Made by a program: the position numbers and the translations under genes
Shown here: positions 1-12,000 of the stretch, piece after piece
Position numbering within the stretch: position 1 is the stretch's first letter
Layout: each line of letters begins with the position of its first letter
Source of the DNA: Geosiphon pyriformis uo1
Lineage: Eukaryota > Fungi > Glomeromycota
Direction: 5' to 3'
Assembly (NCBI GenBank): GCA_016748015.1
Contig: JAAOMT010000436.1
Span: 1,813,187 to 1,877,186, forward strand
Length of the DNA: 64,000 bases
The notes under the pieces: generated by a model
The model's input: only the letters and a program-made list of their open reading frames with translations
What the model was told of the DNA's origin: nothing
Databases searched by the model: none

Positions 1-1262
1 ACTTATTATTAAATTTATTAAAAAAATAATTTTTAATTAATATAATTTATATTATTATTAATTAATAAAAAAAAATATTACTTTATTTAAAAAAACACCA
101 AAAAACATTAATATTTTATGTTTTTAAATTAAATAATATTATAAAAAAAACTTTTTGTTTTGTTAATTTCTTGTTTATAATAAAATTATCATAAGTTAAA
201 AGAAAGAATTTTATTTTATTTTGTTTTATTTTATTTGTTCATATTTTTAAGTATTTTTTTTAATACAAATATATTTATAACTATAAAACTGATTAACAAT
301 TTATTTAAATTATAAACACTAGAAAAAATAAAATAGAAAACTGCTTTGGCACTAAAAAAACCAAGATACATATATTTATAATTTAAAAAACTTTAATAAA
401 TAATTTTTTTAAATTATTATTAATTTAATATTATTAATTTATTGATCAAATTTTTAACTATAAATTTTCTAAAAAGTAGTAAAATAATTGAGTATTGTTC
501 TTAAAACAGTAAAGTTGAGAACAAAAGTAGAAGTATTAATAATATATCTGACTTAAAAAATTTAAAAATACAATAATAATAAAAATTAATTATATTAATT
601 TAAATAGTATAAATAATAGTAAATTTATGAATAAAGCTATACCAAAAAATACTTATACTAAAACCTATAATTTAAAAAACCACTTATTAAACTGTTTTTT
701 AATACATTAAATAACAATAATATTCTTGATTTTTTACTGTTTTTATTTATTAATTCTATTCTATATTTAGATTTACAAGTTAAAAAAAAAAGAAGTTTTA
801 ATTTAATTAAGTTATTTGTATTAAATGTTAATTTTACAGTAGTGCTTGGCAAAACTTTAAATAATAAACACAAATTTGTTAAAAATTTTTTTTACAAAAT
901 TAATAGTTTTAGAAAAATATTAATTCTTTTAAAATTCCAAAATATTATTAAGATTATATGTACTTTTAAAACTAATCTAAAAGCAACAAAGCAAATAACT
1001 ATGAATAAAAAAATTCTTATTAATACCAATTTGAAAAAATTAATATCAAATTAGATTAGAAAATTATCATTAAAAAAATTTCAGTTAATTTGTTTAAATT
1101 AGCATTGAAATTAATACTATTTAAATTTGGTAATATAAAATTAATTAAAATACAATTAATTAATTTGGCAAAAAGTATTTATTGAGTTTAAAAGTTCTGA
1201 AGTTATTGACTTGATGTTTTTTAAATAGTCAATTTTGTTAAGTAAAAATTTGGTATATATGG
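1..1262 (+). mobile_element. AT-eroded relic, probably the 5' (ORF1) part of the old LINE that resumes at 17585
   Basis: It flanks the old Gypsy element, and the 4-bp TSD ATGG (1259-1262 and 17585-17588) makes it contiguous with the LINE relic downstream. Its own coding signal is barely legible. Confidence 0.5.
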
Positions 1263-2235
1263 TATTACTTGAGTAGAAAAGTAATTAAAAACTCGTTAAA
1301 AAAAACATAAAAACTACATAATAATATAAAAAAAATATGATAATATAAGATAACAAAATAATATAAAATAATACAGAATAATATAAAATAACTCAGAATA
1401 ATACAAAATAATACACAATAACATAAAATAGCACAGAATAAATAGTAATAACATAAGATAACTAATTATAATATAAAAGAACAAAATAATAACTAATAAT
1501 AACAAGCAATTAAAAGCAATTTTATAAAACTAAAAAATATGTATAAAAAAAATAGTTTTAGCAGATAGAAAAAAAATAAACTAAACAAAAATCAGCTTAA
1601 TATTTTTATATTATTCTTAATTTCAGAATTTTTATCTTTTTTTTATCTTTTATATTTTAAATTTATCAAATAAAATATTATTGTTTAATTTACAAATTTA
1701 TAATTTTAATACTCTAATTGTCAAGATTTGATTAATTGTTTTTGCTTAATTTTGTTTTAAGCCAAATACTATTAGCATAAATGTTTTTGAAACTTTAATG
1801 ATTTAGACCAATTATTCTTAATCACAGTAATTGACAAGATACTAAATTTTTTTTTTATAAAATAGCAACATTAAAAATTAATTGTTTGATAATAAATTTT
1901 ATAATAATTTGGTAAAAAAAAGAAACTTTTCTTAAGATTAGATATTAATTTTATCTTGTTAACTTACCAGAAAAATAAAAAAATAATACTTAATTCTAAT
2001 AATTGTGCTTACTTACTTAAAAAAAAATACAATTATAGTAACATAATTAAAAAAACAATATCTTTATATTTTATAATAAAAAAACTTAATAAATAAAATT
2101 TTAACAAAAAAACCTTCAAAAATTAATAACTTATAATATAATTAAAGCCAATTTATTTATTTTTCATATTGTTCTTAATATTAAATTATGAGTATTAAAT
2201 ATTATGATTATACTTTACTAAAATTATCTATAATA
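1263..2235 (+). repeat. 5' LTR of the old Gypsy element
   Basis: Starts TATTAC (eroded TGTTAC) and ends TAATA (eroded TAACA). Collinear with 16640-17584; carries ~10-bp tandem repeats (ataatacaga-like) near its start. Confidence 0.85.
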
Positions 2236-2608
2236 TTTAGTGTTTTTTATAAGGTTATAAAATTTATAAAGACAAAGCATCCAAAAAACTTACAAAGTAG
2301 TAATTATTGAAACAGTTAAAAAAAATACTTGTTTTTTGAAAAAGCATTATATCAATATTTTTAAGAAAATTTAAGAATTTAGAAAAAAAATTTGCAGTTA
2401 AAAATGATTTTTTTTACTATATATATATTAAGATTGACTATTATTTAGACAAAACAGCAAAATTTAGTACTTCTTTCTCTCGTTCATCCACAAATCCCAA
2501 AAAAAAGTCTAAAAAGTTTTTTTGAAAGAAGTTTTTACCATTTAGTATGATATTTTTAAACTGTTTCTATTTGATTACAAGACCACCGTTGGCCCAAATA
2601 CTGCTATC

Positions 2609-4402
2609 ATGAAGAAAGCTGCTAAGAGTTCTAGTTCTGGTGATGGTTTTGAGACAGTCTTGTCGAGAAAAAAGAGGAGGGGAGGTGTTTTGGAAGATGG
2701 TTCCAGTAGCGAAAAAGTGGCTTTTAAAGTTCAGGAGAGCTGTTCATGGGGTTCAGAAACTGGGGACACTACTGAGTCTGAGAGTATTGATATGGAAAAG
2801 GAGTGTCTGGTAGAGGAGACCAGCTTTGATTTTGGTGAAGGTGGTGCTCTGGCTGGTGGGGATCATGATCAAACACCCATGAGTTCAAAAGTCAAAACCA
2901 AAAAGGCATTGGGCAAGCTGTTAAGAAAAATTGATTTCTCAAAGGATAATGATGGTGATAGTATTCTCTCGGATGCTCTTCTTAAGCTCCCCCCTCCTTT
3001 GAAAAGCTTGGTCAATGTTTCAATCAGGAAGTTATTCATGTTAGATATTGGCTTAGATAAGGTGGCCAGCAATTCTTCTCAGGAAAAGCTTGTGGTGGTA
3101 AAGAAATTATTTTCTAGAATCAATGGTTTTGGGAAGGCGTCTATCCTCTCAAAATTCTCAGGGATCATCAAAATGACATTCACTTCCGAATCGAGTCTAA
3201 TGAAAGCTACTGATAAGGCTGCAAGTGTGAAGATCCTAGTAAACACTGATCTCAAAAAATCATCTGAGCGATCAGATCGGGCTGTAGTCATAAAAAAAAT
3301 TCCAATTAGAACATCAGCTGAGACTGTGCATGCTGCATTATCCGAGTTTGGAGTTATTAAAGTAATTAAGATGCAATTAATTGGGTTGTGGCAGAAAGCA
3401 GTAGTAGAATTCGAGCAACTGGATCAGGCTGATTTGGTCGCAGCTGAATGGTCTATTCTAATTGGAAAAGATACTGTACGTATGGCCAGGGCTGATTCAG
3501 ACAAAGAGGCATGAAATGCAAGGGATCAACATAGGGCAATGCTTTACACATTGTCAATGGGGACTAATGCTCACAATATTTGGGATTTTGTTAAATCTGT
3601 GGGTAGAAAAACATGTGTCATTGATCATCATTCTGTTATGTATGCTCAGACCAGGTGCGCTGTTGTTTGCTTCGACTCTACTGAATCATTGAATGCTGCC
3701 GTGGAAATCACGCCAGTACTTAGAAACACCAATCTCCGCTGGTCTCATCTCATCTCTACTAAATGCACCAAGTGTGAGAAGTTGGGTAATACGTTATTGG
3801 GTTGTGTAGTTGGTAGGAAGTTTTCTTCTGGTAATTCACTGCGTAGGGCTTTCTCAAACACAGATAAAAGCAGGCTGGCAGCCATTTATGCCAAATGCTC
3901 AGCTCCAGTTGCTCATCTGGTCTCTTTTGGTGGTCTCTCTTGGGCAAAAGTTGTTTATGGGTCTTCTTCACTCTCCCTCTCTAGTCAGAAGGTTTTGGTA
4001 GACAATGGCTCCTTTTCGGAGATGAAGCCATCCCTGCCAGTTACGATAGAGGTCAACAATAGGTTCACTGCTCTTGAGCACAGTCTCGCCTGCCTTGCGG
4101 AGCAAGTTGGTAAGCTGGTTAAGAGGTTGGATGCACTCAGGCCAATGGTTCTCCAGCTTAGCTCTGGATGTCAGCCATTGGTGACCCCTTCATCACAGGA
4201 TCAAGGGGCAGATGTAGTAATGAGTGGGGGCTCGGGTGTGTCCACTAGTGGTGAGACTGTTGTAGGAGTGGTGTCTTTTAATATGTCTTTAGTGTCTAAG
4301 CTAGAAAACAGCATGAGGTGTCTAATGGAAACAGTTTTGGGCTTTTCGGCCAAAGTGGATAGTATAGGTGTGCGTTCGGTGTCTCTACTTCTTACTCAAT
4401 GA
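2609..4402 (+). pseudogene. LINE ORF1 (RRM-like segments, degenerate zinc knuckle, coiled coil)
   Basis: ORFs 2609-3514 and 3539-4402 are one frame broken by TGA at 3512 (likely TGG). Contains CTKCEKLGNTLLGC and a heptad-like RFTALEHSLACLAEQVGKL. Confidence 0.88.
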
Positions 4403-7400
4403 GCAGTTTGGTCTGGAAAGTTGCTATGTGCAATGTCAGAGGCATGAACAATCCTGCTAAGTAGGAGGACATTATTAGGTGGCATAAGGAAATGAACAAT
4501 TTGGTCTCTATCATTACTGAAACAAAATTAAGGAGTAAGGTTCGTCCGTGGATTGTAGATAAGTTTGATGGTATCCGAGTGTTCACTTCTGGTTCAGACT
4601 CTGGTCACTTAGGTGTGGGTGTTGCTGTTATCATGAATGTTTCTTTGGCTTGTCATGTGTGCAAGGTTTCTGAGGTGCCTGGTTGGCTTCTGTCTGTTAA
4701 GTTACTTTTCAAGGGTAAACTTTCTGTGTCAATTCTGGGGCTTTATGCTGGTGCTTTTCCGGCGGTTTGGTTCTCTCAGACTGGTGAGATCAACTTTCTC
4801 ATTGCAAAGGCTGTCAATGAATCTTCTTTCATTGTTCTTGGTGGTGATTTCAATGAAGATGGTTCTCGTAAATGTGCAAGTTTTAGGAAGTGCCTTGATT
4901 TGGGTCTGGCAAATTCTTTGGTAGGAAGCCCAGCTGTGAAATTGCCTACTTGGGCAAACTCTAGGGGTGTTAGGAAAATGATTGACTATGTGTTAGTTTC
5001 TTCAAATTTGGTTAATATGATAGTACACCGCAGTGTCTTAGATGTTGGTGAACATTTTGAAACGGACCATCAGGCTGTTTCCATGTCTTTGGGTTTAGGT
5101 AGTTTATTGGATGTGCAATTGAACTCTCTTCGCAAACAGGCGAATAGAGATTGTTGAAAGTTTAATTTTAAGGGTGCTGATGACACGAAATGAAACAAGT
5201 TCAAGAGTGTTACGGCAGCTAATGCCACCATGTTCTCTAATGATTTTATTGCCTCCCAGCAATTCTCAGATTTGGATGTGATGTGGGACATTGTTTGCAA
5301 GATAATGGTTCTTTCAGCTGATGAGGTGTTCAAGAAGAAATGATTTAAGGACTATGATGATGTCTTCACTAAGGAATCATCCAAATTTTATAAATTAGAA
5401 CTTTTGATATTGAAGCTGGTTAAAGCTTCTCAGTCGATTTGTTGTGACGAATTCATTTCACTGTTAGAAGTCTGAAATTCTCTTGATGTTGATAACGCCT
5501 CTGTGGTCAGGTCTCTCTTTCTTTCTGGCTCTCCTCTTGATACTGTTTGGTCAGCTCTTTCCAAGATCAGGAAAACTTATCACTCACATAAAATAACAGA
5601 ATTGAAGCATATAAAGGAATCTCAAATCAAATCAGCAATCTATAAGAGGATGGAAAGTTTCAAGCTGAACAAAGGTCACACTATTCAGAGTGTTTTGGAG
5701 TGTCCTTTCCATAAGGTTGTCTTGGATTACTTAGTTGTGGATGATGAGCTGGTTATGGAACCTGGTCCTGTGAGATTAAGGGTGAATGAAATCATAGAAG
5801 AATGGACTAGGAAGCATAGGGTGGTTTCCGATGTCCCTGATGTGTGGCATCATTAGTATTGACCATTGGATTACGTTTTTGATGAGGCTTTTTCTGGTGT
5901 AATGCAGCCAATTGAGTTTTTGGAATTGTTTGGCGTGGTTTCTGATTTGCCTGTTGGCAAGGCTGCTAGTCTTTCGGGTATTTCAAATGAGCTGTGGATG
6001 CATAGTGATAGGTCTGTTTTGAATATGCTCTTGGTGCTTCTGAATTCTTGTTTGTCTCATGAGTCTGTGCCTGGTCTTTGGAGGGAAACTTGAGTTTTGA
6101 TGATCTCTAAACCATATGAATGGGAAGGTGTTCTCACAAATACCCGACCTATAGCCTTGATTGAGACAGCTTGCAAGATCTTCTCCAAGATTCTCTCCGA
6201 CAGGATATTGCTGGTGTGCAGTGCTCATGATGTTCTTAATGGGGATAATTTTTCAGTTTTGAAGGATATGACTACCCAAACTTCTATTTTTACTATTGGT
6301 TCAGTTGTTGAGGATGCTTTGAAGAAAAACCAGGAACTCTGGCTGGTGTTGCAGGATATACAAAAAGCATATGACTCTGTTGGATGGGAGCATCTCAAGA
6401 AGTGTTTGGTCAGGATCAAAATGTGTAGCAGGTTTATTCATTTTTTCGGTAATATTCATAGAAATCGGACCAATCGGGTTATGATGGATTTTGATTTAAC
6501 TGATGGTTATAGTGTACATGATAGGTTAGACCAAGGAGAAGTTTTTTCTCCTCTTCTTTGGCACATATTTTATGATCCTTTTTTGTGTGAGGTCAAGTGT
6601 CAGGAGAATGTGTGTGGGTATAGACTCAATTCTCATTTTGTCTCTAGAAATGGTCGTGCTGAATCTCGGGCTGGGTTTTCTATTTTTTTCACTGCTGGGG
6701 CCTTTGTCGATGACACGATTTGGATTGGCAGCAGTTAGACTGCTACTCAACATATTCTCAATGTTGTTAGTGAATTTTTTTGAATTAATGACATTTCAAT
6801 TAACAATAACAAAACTGTGGCCATTTTTATTAATAGCAGGATCAGCAATCCGTCTCTTTTTATCAGTGGTTTACCCATTTCCATAGCCAAAAAAGGCAAA
6901 TCTCATTGGTATCTTGGTATCTTTTTCTCATCTAATGGTTTTTCTAAGCCTAGTTTGACTAAGGCGCATTCGGATGTTCGTTTTTTCAGCAATTTGGTTC
7001 TAAAGAAAGTGGTTTCAGATAAACAGTTCTTATACCTGGTGTTGGCAGTTCTCCATCCTATAGTCAGCTACAGGATGCAGTTCAGCTTTATCCCTGTCAG
7101 TGTGTGTAACAAGTGGGATGCTCTGATTCGCAAGAGTTTGAAACTTAAATCTGGTCTTTCTCTTGATTTTCCTAGTGACACAATTCATCATCCTTTCTTT
7201 TATGATTTGAAGTCCTTCTCACAATGTCAGTCTGAAAGCAAGGTTGCTTCACTTATTAGTTTTGCAAACTCCTGCGGGATTTTGGGTCAATTGTTTAGTC
7301 ACAGATCTCATGACTTGCAAGTTCTGTGTTAGTGCCCTGTTCATCTATTGAGTTTACCGGCTTGTATCCATGTTAGTGTTTCCAATAATTTCTTGTCAGG

Positions 7401-9062
7401 AATGGTATGCATTCTTCTTAGGTGCAATTTGTCTTTAGGTGGCTCTTTGGCTAGCTCTTTTTGGTTTCGTGATGGGGTGCCCATATCTGCTGTTCTGGGT
7501 GAATTCTTGTTTTTCAAGTACTTGTTTTCTCTCTGGTGTTATGGCATTGCCTTTGTGGATCAGCTTTGGGATCATCGTGGGGATATCTTCAATTGATACA
7601 TCTTTAAGTGGTGGAAGAAACTGGATCCTCGTGGCCCAGTTCTTGAGTGGTTTGAGCACTCTGTTGTATTTCTCAATGGTGTGTCTCCCTTTCCTTTGGC
7701 TTTGGGTGGTGTTGGCCCTGTAGACATTCATGATTCTGATGATTTTGTGTTTGTATGTGATCATCTTTTTCGGGTTAGCGCTAATAGTTTGTCTGTGTAT
7801 ACAAATGGGTTGGTGAAAAATTTGGGCACGGCTGGTTGTAAAGCCAGGGCTGCTGCCTTTTTTGAGGACATTAACTTGGGTTTGGGTGTCTGTGTTCAGG
7901 GTTTGATGTCGTCTACTTTGGTGGAGTTGCAGGCTGTAGTGTTGACTCTGGAGTGCGTGCCTATAGATCATTCTGTTTGTCTGTTTTCAGATAGCCAGGC
8001 AGCTTTGAATGCTTGCAAGTCGGAGGTGAACTTGATGTATTCTGACTTTCATAATCGGTGTTGGGTTGAGTGCCGGCATATTAGGAATATTATCCACAGG
8101 AAAAATTTGAGGGTTAGCTGGCACAAGGTTAAGGGCCACTCTGGTGTGTTGGGAAATGATTGCACCAATAGCATTGCTGATGCTGCAGCTCTCTCTGTTT
8201 GGCTTCTCCCTCTTTGTGTGGATGAACATTTTTTGTTGACGAACAGTAGTATTGTTTCTGATAATTCTAAACACTTTGTTCGAGATGTTTTTCATGCTGT
8301 CTATCGGGCACGTTAGGAGGTCGGTTTTAGTTGTGGGTTTTTAGCTGGTGATTTGCACTCGGGTGTCAATTGGCTTGCCTCTTCCAAAGTTTGGCACCCT
8401 GATTTGCATATGGCAATTGGTTTCATCAGCAGGTGCACTGCTGATATTCATACTTACCTCATAAGGCTTTGTACCATCAGCTTTCTGTGGCTGTTTGAAA
8501 GCATGTTTATGATAAATGTTACCTTAGTGTTTTGTGTCTGTATTGTGGTAAGATGGAGGTGTCTGATCACGTGTTTTCTTGTATAATTGATGATGCAGCT
8601 CGTCATCGGGTTTTGGAATCCTGTATGTCTTCTTGGATGGTGCTTTCTGGTCTCTCCCTCCTTTTTTCAAGCATTTTACAGCTGCTGTTGACCTGTGCTT
8701 CAGATTTTCTGGTGTTCTCGGCTCTTTGCAAGGGTTTTGTTTTCAAAGGATGGCTTCAGGAGGCTGTTTCCATCTTCCATGATCCCAAAATTGCTGATTT
8801 TGTGTGCTCTATTTGTGTTACTTTTAGGGATAACATTTGGTTGGTCCGTGCTAAGCATTATACATACATGGAAAAGAATAGTCTAATCCCAGTAGATGGC
8901 TCAATTCCTGTTTCACTTTCTGGTTTGGCATCAAGATTCTCGGATGACGTGGTTAAGCTATTTGGTGTTATTGAAGCTTTTGGCGTCTGTTTTGGCTTTT
9001 GCAAATCTTGCTCTTTTTTTTTAGGTATTGGTAACCCAGTTTCAGTTAATATAATTGCATAG
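4399..9062 (+). pseudogene. LINE ORF2: AP endonuclease - reverse transcriptase - RNase H - CCHC
   Basis: APE motifs CNVRGMN, ETK, GGDFN, IDYV, TDH. RT motifs RPIALIE, DIQKAYDSV, QGEVFSPLLW, FVDD. RNase H motifs VYTNG, ELQA, SDSQAAL, KVKGHSG. C-terminal CLYC..DHVFSC. Many in-frame stops and at least one frameshift near 8460. Confidence 0.95.
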
Positions 9063-12000
9063 TGTTGTCTTGACTGGCTCGAATGGCTGGTTATATGTGA
9101 AAAATGCATGATTCACGTCTAGTTTAGATTATTTCTTTGATGTATAGTTCTAGGTAGTGTTTAGACCTTACTCATTAAATAATAATAATAAAAAAAAAAC
9201 AGCAAATATTAAAAAACTCAAAGAACAAATTTATTAAAACTTATTATTGTATTTAATTTCAACTGCCAAAAAAACAATTGCAAAAACTTTTTTTCTTATA
9301 AACAAAAAAATCAAAATATATATATAATACTATTATTTAAAATTTAAAAGAAACTATAATATATACTCTATTTAGAAAAATCTAAGTTAAATACAGAAAG
9401 CAATATTTAACAACAGTTTAAACAAATAAAACTACAATTTATTATTAGCAAAAAGTCAAGATTCTTATTATTAACAATATTATTATATTATCAGACTTCA
9501 AAAAATAAAATATTACTTAATTAACTTATCAAATTTCAGTTTAAAACTTTAAAAACTCCTGAAAATTTTTATTTCTAAAACTTCAACAGAAATTTTTAAA
9601 CTAAATTATTGAAAAAAATACAAAATACTATTTAAAAATTTTATTCTAATAACAAATATTATTTTCTAAAATACTGTTATTTAAAAACAACAATTATTAA
9701 AACTACTAATTAAATTAATAACTACTGTTTTAAAAGAAATATTACTGTTCTAACTAGTTATAGCTATAAACAAAAAAAACAATTAATGTCAAGTTTAACA
9801 AAAAAATCTGATTTATCTTCATTAATTTTTTTCTTTTCATTAAAACAATTATCTCTTATTGTTTTTATTATAATTTATAAAATATTATCAAATTAAAAAA
9901 ATTCTCTGAAAAAAAAAAAAACACTTACACTTAAATTACAGAGGCCAAAAAAGCAATTATTATAAATAATTAAGATAATACCAAAACTATTTAAGCATTA
10001 TTTTTTTTTAATAAAAATTATTAACTCCTAATATTAAAGTCTTACCAAAAAACCAATTAATTTTGCTGTATTCAAATTCGTTTTTCTACAATATTTTTAT
10101 AATTCAAACATTTTTATTAAACTATAAAATCAATTTAATATTATAAAACAAAAAGATTACAAAGCTATAACTACTTATTTTAGATAATTTAATCAAACTT
10201 TTTATTAAATTTAAGTCATTAAAAAGACTTTTATATACCTAATCAGATCCTAAATTAATTTATTAAAAAACTAAAAAGCAGTATTTTTTAGTTCATTAAA
10301 CTTTATCATCTTAGAAATTTACAAGATACAGTAATACTTGTCTATAACTTTAAATTAGCAAAACAAGAAACAAAATACATCTAAGGTGTTAATTTGGCCA
10401 TAAATAAAATCTTTAATATTGGCCCAAAGCTTATTTAATTAAGTAAAAAATTGAAGAATTTTTTATAGAAAATTTAAAAACATATTAGTTTCTACAATAT
10501 TAAAAAAATAACAATAATTCTACATATTAATAATAGCAACAGCAATTCTGAAAACAAGTTTCTTATAATTGCTATTATTGTTAAAAACTTAATTATATTA
10601 CAAAAAATTGCTGTAAAAAAATAGTAAATTAGAATTGTAAAAACCAATATTAACAATAATTAAAATATTTACAATCAACAGAATATTAATATCTTTTATT
10701 TTAGTATTTACAATTACAATATTTATCACAACTACTACAGAATTATTATCAATCTCCTTAAGTAATAGTGTAATTTTATCTTTAATATTAAGCTTTATAA
10801 TATAATAACCCAAAATTTTAAGTTATTAATTATAATTAAAAATAGCAAAGCAATAATAGAAATTAAATTCAATTTACAACAGTATTTTTTTGAAATCTAA
10901 ATTGTAATAACTTATTATTCTGAGTATTATCAATGGTTATTTAAATTAAGCTTTATATTCTAGTTTTATTAAAACTCAAAATTTTGGTAATTTTGTATTT
11001 TTAAAAAAAAACTACAGTTAAAATTACCAATTTTTTTTCTTCTATTAATAATTAAATCATTTTTAATATAATTTTTTTAACTATAATTACTGAAAATAAA
11101 ACTTTTGCAATTATATTTTTATTTAATATTAATAACTTAAATACTCATAATTTTTTTAATAAAACTATTATTAATTTAAATAAAATTATTATAATAATAT
11201 ATATTAATAATCAAATAAGACAAATAAATATTAAATTAATACTTAATAGTCAATTAGCTGACAATATTATTATAAAACAACTTATGAATTAATTAAATCA
11301 CTAAATTGACTATGTTATTATTGTTAAAATAATTATTGTCAATAAAAATACCAAGATCTTAATAAAAAAAAACAATAAATTTTTTTTTAAAATAAGTAGA
11401 ATTATAATTTCTATAAAAATTATAGTAATAAAAGCAAGCTCTAATTAATAAATTAGTTAACTAAAACTTATGTTATTTTTGATTAAAATACTTAAAAGTT
11501 TTAAATTTTGTTTAATAGTTAATACACTTAAGTATTTGTCAATTGTAAATATTTTAAGATGGTCATCTTAGAACAGTTTCTAATTAAATTTAAAAAATTT
11601 GTAGTATAGTTTACTTTGAAAACATATCAAATTTCTTGGACTGATTATTTTTGTACAAAATTATTATTATTATCTACTTAAAAAAAAAACCAAAAAAACT
11701 TTAAGTTTTAATTTTCACCTATATTTTACCAAATAAGTACAATCAATTTTACTGCCAACCAAAATTAATCTGTATAGATTGCAAAAAAAAACTATTGTTA
11801 ATGAACATATACATTAGAAATAATAAAAATATGGCCAACTGTCACCAAATACTAATGTTGTTTTTGTATATTAAAATAATTTAGATGTTTAAAATAACAA
11901 AACAAATAGAATAACATACTATAACTTATTTATGATAAAATTTTATCAAATAAAAAAGTATAAAATAACATCTTAAATAGAAAAAAAACATATAACAAAT

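Larger units (their letters stand above)
2462..9195 (+). mobile_element. Full-length non-LTR retrotransposon (L1-like LINE with RNase H), inactivated
   Basis: ORF1 plus ORF2, a ~120 nt 3' UTR, an (AAT)n/poly(A) tail, and TSD aaaacagcaaa at 2451-2461 and 9196-9206. Confidence 0.95.

Noticed and set aside
2609-9062. Frequent in-frame TGA at Trp positions, suggesting genetic code 4 or Mollicutes-related endobacterial DNA
   Set aside because: TAG and TAA stops also interrupt the same frames, and host genes use TGA as stop. Transition decay explains the pattern.
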